Source: a virus
Lineage: Duplodnaviria > Caudoviricetes
IMG/VR virus record: IMGVR_UViG_3300023178_000060
Span: 1 to 54,487 of that record
Length of the DNA stretch: 54,487 bases
Strand: one strand, 5' to 3'
Shown here: positions 19,022 to 29,200 of the stretch, in pieces
How positions within the stretch are numbered: the first letter of the stretch is position 1
How the letters are laid out: each line of letters opens with the position of its first letter
Position numbers and translations under genes: made by a program
Notes under the pieces: model-generated
Database searches by the model: none
What the model was told of the DNA's origin: nothing
What the model saw: only the letters and a program-made list of their open reading frames with translations

Positions 19022-19776
19022 CCTATGATAAATGAATAACCTGTGCCTCCTGGTACAGCAGTTGCTACTTCTTGCTCCAATTTTTCTAGTTCTGCACTTG
19101 CCTCATTTTTTAATGTATCACCATTGAGCTGTCCTCCACCTTGCGGTCCTGCTATAGTTGCAAATTTACTCCTAGCTTCTCCTAACATCATCTTGCTTAT
19201 TGCAAGTGCATAATCTCTTATCCAAGATTTTGCCATATAATCGTTAAGCAATTGTTCATCTGGTCTGTAATTGTAACATTCTAAAAGTAATGTTTCTTCT
19301 GCTCTAGGTCTTTGTAAGATTGTTAATTTGTGAGTAGAACTATTCCAATTAAATTCTATAAATGATCCAAACATTCTTCCAACTAATTCTTGATATTGGC
19401 TAAAAAAATCATATGTAGCTAATCCTCCTAAATTAGAACTTGCAAGTAAATACGTGTTTGTGTACGCTAAGTTAAAAGGTTCAAATAAACTACCACCGTC
19501 ACCACCGCCTGTTCTTGATCCTATACTCCTCCGAAAAATTTTTTTAACTTCTACAATTTCTTTTGGTAAAGTATATTGGTTTTGGTCAACTATAGTTGGC
19601 ATGAAAAAATAGCTTTCTTCGATACTATTATCTGATCGTTGTCTAAATCTAGTAAGAGCTTTGTCCAATGCAGTAGCATAATGTACAGGATCAAGTTCTA
19701 CATCTACCATTCCCCCGCCGAGCATGTTGTGGATATAGTCATAAACCTCTTGTCTATAGGTTGTTAAATCATTCAT
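19018..19776 (-). CDS. Neck protein (T4 gp13-like head-tail adaptor)
   Basis: Motifs LGGGMVDVELD, WIRDYALAISKMMLGEARSKF and PQGGGQLNGD. Confidence 0.88.
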   Translation of the reverse strand: MNDLTTYRQEVYDYIHNMLGGGMVDVELDPVHYATALDKALTRFRQRSDNSIEESYFFMPTIVDQNQYTLPKEIVEVKKIFRRSIGSRTGGGDGGSLFEPFNLAYTNTYLLASSNLGGLATYDFFSQYQELVGRMFGSFIEFNWNSSTHKLTILQRPRAEETLLLECYNYRPDEQLLNDYMAKSWIRDYALAISKMMLGEARSKFATIAGPQGGGQLNGDTLKNEASAELEKLEQEVATAVPGGTGYSFIIG

Positions 19777-19789
19777 AGGTCATATCTCC

Positions 19790-19819
19790 TATTGTATTTA
19801 TCGTAAGATAAATACAATA
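19790..19819. promoter_or_regulatory. Perfect 13-bp inverted repeat forming back-to-back GATAAATA late promoters
   Basis: TATTGTATTTATC-GTAA-GATAAATACAATA between the divergent gp13-like and gp14-like genes. Confidence 0.75.
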
Positions 19820-20985
19820 TGCCAAGATTATCTTTATACCGGCCCAGTAAGGGCAATGATTATAATTTTATAGATGCTAGAATTTTTGAAATGTTTACCG
19901 TAGGCGGAACTGATGTAAACATACACAAATATCTAGGCCCTAAAAATCCAACAGACGAGCAAGCAACTGCAGATATACCTCAGTATGATGTTATAGCAGA
20001 GACAAATATTCAAGATCTACTGTTTTTAGAAAATAGAGATAGGAAATATGATCCAGATATCTATACTATTCGTGGTATATATAATGTGCAAGACATAGAT
20101 TTTAATCTAAGTCAATTTGGATTATTCTTAAACAATGACACTCTTTTTATGACTATACACATTAATAGTTCTGTTAAAACTCTTGGTAGGAAAATTATGA
20201 GTGGTGATGTTATAGAATTACCACACATGAAAGACGAATATGCTAAGAATGATTTCCATGTAGCATTGAAAAGTTATTACGTAGTAGAAGATGTAAGCAG
20301 AGCAAGTGAGGGTTACAGTCCTACATGGTATCCACATCTTTATAGATTAAAATGCAAACAAATAGTAGATAGTCAAGAATTTAAAGATATATTAGATCTA
20401 CCAATGGATGAAGAAATACCTGCTGCAGGAAGTTTACGTGATTTATTATCAACTTACTCAAAAGATTTAGAAATAAATCAAGCAATTGTAGCCCAAGCAG
20501 AAGCTGATGCGAAAAAAAGCGGATATGAGACCGGACACTTTTTTACCCTACAGACAGGTGATGATGGCAAAGTTGAACTTGTTACAACTGATTTGACAGA
20601 ATTAGATGCAAGCACAGCTAACGAATTAGCTGATAGGGTTATGCAAACTCCTGAACGGACCGGATACACTGGTTACTTATTAGGTGACGGTATTGCCCCA
20701 AATGGAGAAATTTTTGGTCATGGAGTTATTTTTCCTGAGGGCAGTGTCAATGGTGATTATTTTTTGAGGACAGATATGATTCCAAATCGATTATTTAGAT
20801 ACGACGGTCGTAGATGGATAAAAATTGAAGATGCAGTTAGAATGACTATGACCCAAACAAATGATAGAAGCACTCAAAAAGGCACATTTATTAATAATAC
20901 AAATACAACGACTGTAGCTGGCGAAACGATACCTGAGCGCCAGAGTGTAAGCAAAGCTTTAAAGGCTAAAACTGATAATCTTTAA
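19819..20985 (+). CDS. Neck / head-closure protein (gp14-like)
   Basis: Lies between the gp13- and gp15-like genes. LSQFGLFL, GDVIELP and YRLKCK resemble gp14-family motifs. Confidence 0.65.
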   Translation: MPRLSLYRPSKGNDYNFIDARIFEMFTVGGTDVNIHKYLGPKNPTDEQATADIPQYDVIAETNIQDLLFLENRDRKYDPDIYTIRGIYNVQDIDFNLSQFGLFLNNDTLFMTIHINSSVKTLGRKIMSGDVIELPHMKDEYAKNDFHVALKSYYVVEDVSRASEGYSPTWYPHLYRLKCKQIVDSQEFKDILDLPMDEEIPAAGSLRDLLSTYSKDLEINQAIVAQAEADAKKSGYETGHFFTLQTGDDGKVELVTTDLTELDASTANELADRVMQTPERTGYTGYLLGDGIAPNGEIFGHGVIFPEGSVNGDYFLRTDMIPNRLFRYDGRRWIKIEDAVRMTMTQTNDRSTQKGTFINNTNTTTVAGETIPERQSVSKALKAKTDNL

Positions 20986-20996
20986 TAGGATCATAT

Positions 20997-22460
20997 ATGC
21001 AACATTTTTATGACGGACAAATAAGAAGGTATATAACTCAAATAGTCCGTATGTTGAGTAACTTTAGTTACAAAGACTTAGAAGGAAACATAAAAATAAT
21101 ACCAGTTGTTTACGGAGATTTGGCAAGGCAAGTAGGTTCTATCTTAAAAGATAATTCAGAATTAAAGTTAGTTGGTGCGCCAAAAATGAGTGTTTATATC
21201 ACAGGTTTAGAATTAGATAGAAGTAGATTATCAGATAGTAGTTTTATTAGCAAAGTTAATATCCGCGAGAGAGCATTTGACGAAAATAACAATGAATATC
21301 TAAATTTCCAAGGAAAAAATTATACAGTTGAGAGGCTTATGCCTACACCTTATAATTTAACTGTAAATGCAGATATATGGTCAACAAACACTGATCAAAA
21401 ACTACAGATACTCGAACAAATTTTAATGCTTTTTAATCCAAGTTTAGAAATTCAGACTACAGATAATTTTGTTGATTGGACAAGTTTAAGCGTTGTAAAT
21501 TTAGAACAAGTAACATTCAGCAGTAGATCAATAGGAACAAGCACAGAAACGGAAATAGATATTGCTACTTTAGGATTTAGTACACCGATTTATATTTCCC
21601 CACCTGCAAAAGTAAAAAAGTTAGGGATTATCCATACTGTTATTACAAGTATTTTTAACGAATCCTATGGTAATGTAGATCTTAATCAAACGATGCCAGA
21701 ACTGCTAGCCTATGCCGACGGTAGGTACAAGTCAGATTCAATGCATAAGACTGTAGTAAATGAAGACGGAACAACTGAAGAAATTTATGATCATTTGCCT
21801 GCATCGAAACCTGATACAGATTCTGTTATAGCTACTACTTTTGGCAATTATGATTTGTTTGTTTTAAATAATACTGCAAAATTAATTGATAAAAATCAAA
21901 TAGGATCTGTATCATGGGAAGAGTACTTTAAAGCATATCCAGAAATCTTTACTCCAGGCATATCTGAATTACGTTTATACAGGAATGATCTCAATACGGA
22001 TATTGTAGGTAGTGTAACGATAAATCCATTAGACGGATTTAGTTTGTCTATCAATTGGGATTTAGATACTTTACCAAGTGATACAATACTCAATGGTCCG
22101 TTAGGAGATAAAACAAAAATTGACTACATAATAGATCCTACAAAAACTAATCCTACAAATTTAAAATTTCCTGGTTTACGAATACTTTTATTAGATGAAA
22201 ATATAGGTAATATAGATAATTTAGACGGTCCTGACGCTTGGAAAAACAACAACGGAACTGATTTTGTTGCTGGCGCTAACGACATAATAGAATGGGACGG
22301 AAGTGCTTGGCACGTTGTATTCGATGCAAATGAACATACTGGTGATATAATATACACAACAAATTTAAATACAAATATCCAATATAAATTCTTAGAAAAA
22401 GAATGGGTATTGTCATTTGAAGGTGAATACCCATTTGGCACGTGGCGTATAGCATTTTAA
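20997..22460 (+). CDS. Tail sheath stabiliser / tail completion protein (gp15-like) with C-terminal extension
   Basis: Motifs HFYDGQIRRYI, IPVVYG, PKMS, MPTPYNL and LQILEQILMLFNP. Confidence 0.85.
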   Translation: MQHFYDGQIRRYITQIVRMLSNFSYKDLEGNIKIIPVVYGDLARQVGSILKDNSELKLVGAPKMSVYITGLELDRSRLSDSSFISKVNIRERAFDENNNEYLNFQGKNYTVERLMPTPYNLTVNADIWSTNTDQKLQILEQILMLFNPSLEIQTTDNFVDWTSLSVVNLEQVTFSSRSIGTSTETEIDIATLGFSTPIYISPPAKVKKLGIIHTVITSIFNESYGNVDLNQTMPELLAYADGRYKSDSMHKTVVNEDGTTEEIYDHLPASKPDTDSVIATTFGNYDLFVLNNTAKLIDKNQIGSVSWEEYFKAYPEIFTPGISELRLYRNDLNTDIVGSVTINPLDGFSLSINWDLDTLPSDTILNGPLGDKTKIDYIIDPTKTNPTNLKFPGLRILLLDENIGNIDNLDGPDAWKNNNGTDFVAGANDIIEWDGSAWHVVFDANEHTGDIIYTTNLNTNIQYKFLEKEWVLSFEGEYPFGTWRIAF

Positions 22461-22473
22461 GCTAACTATACAT

Positions 22474-22911
22474 ATGCGTGAAATAATATGTAGTGGTGCT
22501 TTGATATTTGCGAAATCAACAAATAAATTTCTTTTCTTACATCGTGCAAAAGGTAAAAATAACAATTTATGGGGTTTAGTTGGTGGAACTAACGAAGATA
22601 ACGAAACACCTTGGTCTGGTTTGCAAAGAGAAATAGTTGAAGAAATAGGAAATATTGAAATAGTAAAAAGTATACCTTTAGAAATATTTGTTAGTAATGA
22701 TGACCATTTCTTATTTCATACGTACCTGTGCATTGTAAATGATGAATTTATACCCAAATTAAATGACGAACATGACGGATATGCATGGGTTTCCTTTTGT
22801 AAATGGCCTAAACCATTACATCCAGGACTTCGTAATACACTTAGGACAAAAATTAATCAGGCAAAATTAGAAACTGTTATAAAATTAATAACTCATTTAG
22901 ACAATAGATAA
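22474..22911 (+). CDS. Nudix hydrolase
   Basis: Nudix box GGTNEDNETPWSGLQREIVEEIG, plus LNDEHDGYAW and PKPLHPG. Confidence 0.9.
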   Translation: MREIICSGALIFAKSTNKFLFLHRAKGKNNNLWGLVGGTNEDNETPWSGLQREIVEEIGNIEIVKSIPLEIFVSNDDHFLFHTYLCIVNDEFIPKLNDEHDGYAWVSFCKWPKPLHPGLRNTLRTKINQAKLETVIKLITHLDNR

Positions 22912-23226
22912 ATGGAAAACACAGAATTACATTGGGCAAACAATGAAAATTATTCAGCAAAAATCTTAATTTTTGAAAATGCAGGATTTAAAACGCAAAC
23001 TATGTTACATAGTAAAACGTCAAAAACATGGTTTGTAAATTCTGGAAATTTTATTTTAAAGATTATAGATACAAAAACAGGAACTCAAGAAGTTCACGAA
23101 ATTGGTGATGGAAAAACTATACATTTTCATCCTCTAAGTCCGCATAGTTTAGAAGTTATCATACCAGGAACAATTACCGAAGTATCAACTAGTGATCCAA
23201 AAACTGATCTATATATAATAGGTTAG
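22912..23226 (+). CDS. Cupin-fold protein (sugar isomerase-like, degenerate)
   Basis: YSAKIL...H.K..TWFV.SG.F...H..P..PHSL...EVST pattern of small phage cupins. Confidence 0.65.
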   Translation: MENTELHWANNENYSAKILIFENAGFKTQTMLHSKTSKTWFVNSGNFILKIIDTKTGTQEVHEIGDGKTIHFHPLSPHSLEVIIPGTITEVSTSDPKTDLYIIG

Positions 23227-26200
23227 GCTTGCGCTTCGCCCCAACGTAAAATTATACTAGAATTAATTGCTGTTCCTGATACCTTTGTAACATTTATAGC
23301 TAAAATGTCAGGACCATTTGGATAAGTTCCCCTACCTCCCAATGGTGTATTTGTCAGTTCTTTTAATTCTCCTAAATCTAATGAACTACTATTTCCTGGA
23401 TTTGTGATAAAAGAAAAGACGGTTTCACCGGGTTCAGCAAATGATGATGCACCTAATTCAAAAATTACATTTTGACTAGCTGTTAAATTACCTACAGAAG
23501 TTTGATTAAATGTAATTTCATAAAATTCTACACTTCCGAGAGTAAGTAATTTAACATTTGATATTGCTGTTCCTGCAGGCCAATTCGTGTCAGTTGCAGA
23601 AACCTTTGTACCTATTGTAACGTTAGAACTATCAAAATCAACTTTCGTAAACAATAACCTATTCGTGAATCCTGTGTAATTCCTATAAACAAATCTGTAT
23701 GTAGTACCACCGTTCTGATTACCTTGGGCAAGATTGTTACCTAAACTTGATTGATAGTAAATTTCAGCTCCAAAAGTACCATTGTCATTAACTGACGTTA
23801 CAGTAAATATTTCGCTAGGATCTGTGAATCTATCAGGATTTTGTGAATAAATTACAGACCCAACTGCTATTGGATTTGCTTGAACTTGACCACTATTTAG
23901 ATACAACGGGTTATAATTTCCTCTATACAAACCGTTGTAGATAAAACCAGTGTCTATGTCCGATGCTAGGGTTGAAATTGTTACCGTTGAAGCAGTTGTA
24001 TTCCCCCAATCTATACCTCCTGCAGGTGCAACCTGAGCAAAACTAGGTTGTCCGCCTAAAGCTTGACTACTTAAAGCTGACCAAGCAACATCATTAGGAT
24101 TAGTTGGATAATTGTTTGGATTTAAGATACCTTCAACAATTAAAGCACCCGAACCTGTATCTGATGTTACTTCTATAGATTTCAACAGCATTTGTGCTCT
24201 GTTTAATAATTCCCGTTCGCCTAAATCTCCTATGATTGCATTTGATACACTAGGTGCAAGTCTGATTAAAAAAGCAGTTTTAGGAGTTGTGCTAATTGAT
24301 AATCCTGTTGCTGCATAGGAGAAAATATAACCTCTATCTTCGTCAAAACCACCATCAGTAAGGAAAGCACTACCCCAATGGCTTATCAAAGGTGTAATAG
24401 TTTGAGATATTAAAATTACACCTTCTCCTGCTGTATGAGTAGCTGCTGCTCCTGCACTAAATGATCTAAGAGCGCCTGCTTGAAATACCGAATAACTTGC
24501 TGGCCTAAGAAGTCCTGTTAATTTATTGTTGTCTTTATCATTTCCAGTAAATTCTATAACTTCATTTTGAATATAAATATATCCTGAGTTTGGAAAAAAT
24601 GATGAATCATATAATGTTAGCTCTGTAGCAGTATCTGTCAAATCTTCTTTTAATCTGCCCGGAGGACCTTCGTTTGTAACTTCATACCTTACGGGCAAGT
24701 TGCCAGATCTCATAAAAGCTTCTGTGTTAATATTTGAATTACGCATCCTGTGAGCAAAAACAAAATTTCCATCTGACCCACGTAACATGAAATCAATAAA
24801 TCCAGCGCCATACCAACTATATTGAATTCCTATCATCTGCATAGTTGCAACATCTATTTCGTAACCAGATGGACCTGTTCCATCTAATTTGTCCATATTA
24901 AATTCGGACTGTTTAACTTTCTTATCGACAATCAATGCAACCTTTGCACCTGTTATAGATGATACACCTCTAAAATCTGGTGCAATGTAACATACAGTTT
25001 GAGAATCGACTCCTGTAACTAGATGAGTCATTCCTTTTATGATAATCCTGTCACCATTTTTTATTTGATCTAAAAATCTAGTATTGATACCTGTAACTAA
25101 ATTTGTGTCTGGATTTAAAGAAATTGTTCCTGCTATTTGTTTTGTTCCAGTGCGTTGTACAACCGAAATTTGTGTTCCATCGTTTTCCCAAAAAATTCCA
25201 TTTTGATCATCAAATATTCCAGCACGGACTGTTGCTCCATGCCAAGATACAACACTCATTTGAGCACCAAATCCTAGGACAGCGTCTAGGGCTCCTAAAC
25301 GTCTTTGAGCTCTTACAGTAAAGGTTTTTTCGTCTATGACACTTGTAACGGTGTAATCAAAATTTGGTGGCACAGCAGTGTAAGGCCCACTGTTATATCC
25401 TGGTGTTTCTATACCTAATAATCTAATTACACCTCCTTCTTGAACACCGTGATCATTATTATCTGTTGTAATTGTTATTATACTTCCAACCTCATTGCCA
25501 GTAGAAACAACTGACGCTAAATCATAACTTGGTGCAAATAAAGCACCGGTTGTGTACATAATTCCTTTACCAGATTGATAACGTATATATTTTTTACTTT
25601 GTCTTATAGCTTGTGCCCCGTGTTGCGGTCCTCCAGTTCCTAATTGAACACCACCGTCATAGGGCCTATGTACAAAAAATGAATCAGGTCTTGGGTAAAC
25701 AGAAGCTACTATTGGATCTTGTGCTTCATCTTCTGTAATAGTTTCATCTAATCTGTAAAGATCAGATGTATTACCCCATTCATTAGTAAATGAATTTTGT
25801 AAAGTTCCTCTTTCATAAAAATATGCTGTACCTGTATACACCCATTTTGGTGGTACAAATGATAAAATTTCCGCATATTCTGCTGCATTTTCTATATCAT
25901 TTACGTCAACTAGAGTTGTTGAGTTTTTCCTAATCTTAATGTAATTTGCATTTGCACCTTGCACTAATTTAACTCCTGATTCCCACCAAGTTGGATCTTG
26001 ACTATCGAATAATATAGTTGTAGTCTGGACTGCTTGAATATCTTCATCTATAAATCCGACTGCTCTTGCTGTATAAGTTAGTTGGTTAAGTGCAGGTATA
26101 TTAGTTGCAAAGAAAGATCCTGCAGCTAAATTGTGATTATTAAACCCATCATCAGATGTTACTCCTACAATAAAAGTATTGCCTGGTACCAATCCATGCG

Positions 26201-29200
26201 GATTATCAAATGTAATCTGTAAAGTAGCAATTGCAGTAAAATCTACAGTTTCGGCAGATAGCAATGGTTGTGTAGTAGGTTCCGAAATTGTAATTGTTGA
26301 TATAAAATCTACCGTATCGCCAGTTGCCGTAGAACTATATTCTAAAGAAATTGTACCACTCGAATCATCTTGTATAGCTCCATTTAACTCTTCATTTATA
26401 ATTATTGTTAAACTATTAGTTTGATCGCCACCTAATAAATTACCAGCAATTAATAACCTATCACCTACAGCATAATTTTGTCCACCTGATGATACAGTAG
26501 CAGTGTAAGTTCCACTAGATCTAGTTACTTCAAATGTGGCACCGTTACCGTTTGGTGTAATATTTGTACCACCTACATTGTTTACAGGAGAAACACCTGT
26601 GCTTGCAATACCTGTATTAACTACGACACTCACTAGCCTATTCATGTCATCTACTGCAGTAACATCTAGTAATAGATCATTAGTAGGTGTAGCTCCTAAC
26701 AGTAAATTTCCTGGAATTGTGATAGTTTGTCCTACATAAAACAAAATACCCGGAGACACTATAGTAACACTTGAGTATGCACCCGCTGACAGGGTAATAT
26801 CAGCTTGTGCTCCTATACTTGTAACAACGTTACTGGACGCTGCTGACACAAATCCATAATTGTAAGCAGTTCCAGACAATGTAGTAGCTGTAATTGCACC
26901 AGCGTCTACTTGTGTAATAGTAATGGTTAAATTATTTGTTGGATCACTGCCACCTAATTCAGATCCTAATATCTGTATTTGGTCGTTCTGAGCAAACCCT
27001 GTGGCATTTAGCTGATCTAAGAAATATTGTGTTCCGACCTGACTAATAACAATTGATGTAATTGTACCTGATCCTGTTATTGAGTATTGAGGATTGTTAT
27101 AAACTGCTGTTTGATCCGGACCAGTACCGCTTTCAACCGTAAATGTTTCTATATTACCGATTCCTGTTACACTGTCAACACGGATTACAAGGGTGTTAGA
27201 CGAACTTGTGCCTGTAATCTGCAAAGCAGTATAAGGAATAATTATTCTATCGTCTATATCAAAATCTTGGCTCAAATCAGGTGATACTAACGAAACAGTG
27301 TAAACATTATTCAGCCACTCAATATCCCACACTGCATTTGTTCCAGTTGCTCCTGTGCCTGGCAAATCAAAATTTGTTAAAGTTGCTTCTCCTGCAAATG
27401 CAGTTCCTGATGCTGTAATATTTGTAATTCCTCCTACACCGTCTACTGAATCTACAAAAATATTAATATCATTTATATTATCTTGACTACCAACTAAAAA
27501 TCCAGCTATTTTAATCCTATTTCCCGGAAAGTAATCTTCACCTGCGGTATTAATTGTGACAGTGTAAGTAGTTCCCGTAGCTGTTATGTCGAAAGTAGCA
27601 TTTGTTCCAACAGGTGCTAGTAGAGATCCAGTTAAGTTGCTGTAAACGCTGGTTTCTCCTATAAAAGTTCTTTCTACTTCACTTGTAAAAGTAACAGTAT
27701 TTCCCACCACACTTTCAACAAATACTGCAGTTCCATTACCATTGTCAATTGCTAAATTATCAATAATACCAGTAACATCTACAAAATCTATTTGATTTGT
27801 AAATGTATTGTAATCATTAAATACTTGCGCTGTTAAGTAAAGTCCACCGCCGGTACTTGTAGTCTGCACAGCAGTTACTTGTGCGCCTGTTGTTATCTTT
27901 GCATTAGATGCAGGCGACCCAACGTCAGGAGCTGGACCATCGAATGGAATAATAGTACTACCTGGGTCAGTGTCTAATTCTACTGTAATTGTTGTGTTTG
28001 CGCCTTGAGATAAGACTGTGAATTCCGCTCCGCCAATGTCTGCTCCAGTATAAAATCTTCCCTTTCTAAGTTGAGAATAGGTATTGGTTAAATCTTCGCC
28101 CGCTGTAGAACCTACTTTTGCTTTTGCATAATATTCTAAAGTGGTGTTTGATGGTACATTTATAACTACAAATGATCCTTCTGCTCGTGCAACTCCAGTA
28201 ACACCATCATTTAATGCCTTAATAGTAATCGGATCGCCTACATCTATACCATGCGCACCTACCGTAGTAACTGTAATTAAACTTTGTCCTACCCCATTTG
28301 TTCCTGAGCTTGCATCTGTTGTAATCGAACTCACTAAGATATCTGATCCAGGAATTTCATATATAGAAGGATATCCTCGTAAGGTAGATATTGCAGCCCA
28401 TTTTGTAGGTTGGAGACCATATTCAAAATCTGCATCTAGCATAGACAAAGGTTCTGCAACCCTATTCCTTTCAATTGCGTCTGTACCAAAGTTGTATGGA
28501 CGGGTTATAACAACACTTTTAGCATTTTCTAAGGTTTCTACAAAAATTTGTATATCGTCAGTTGCTGCCATGGTATTTGTAGAAAAACGTAATTTTAAAG
28601 TTGTAATTCCGTCTGTGGTTTGTAGATAGGTAGGAAAATCTGAATTATAATCTCTAAAACTATCTGTAATCTCTATTTCACCACCTTGAGCATTATTATT
28701 AAAAGAATATATAATTGTATTCGTTGTTGCGTTGTTGATTAGTAATATCTCTGATAAGTTGTACTTACCTTGAATTTGAATGTAACCTAAGGAATTACTA
28801 CTTAGTTCTGGTATAAAATCTAGTCCGCCACGAATGACTTGGGTGGTAATACTAACTAGATTATTAATAACACTAAATGCAGAAGTTTCAGCTTGCTTGC
28901 TTTCGTCAATTGTTTGTGATGTTCCACCTAGGTTCGTCCAGGCTACATTTTGGAAAATGTTTTCAACAATTAAATCACCGATAAAAAAATGTGTCAAAAT
29001 TTCTGGTATTCTATTACCGTCTATTTGGGCGACATCTTGGTCCCAATAGTATTTTACAACTTTTCTAGTATTTTCATTACCACCATATTTTAAATCAGTG
29101 CTATATGCATCTAACACATATCTAACATCTCTTTGGCATTTTTCTACATTGTATGTGTAATTTTCATCAAATGTATTATTCTCAATAATTTCATCTTTCC

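Noticed and set aside
19769-19783. Mini-ORF MTYE overlapping the gp13-like start
   Set aside because: Its ATG is only 2 nt from AGGAG; the spacing fits the gp13-like ATG instead.
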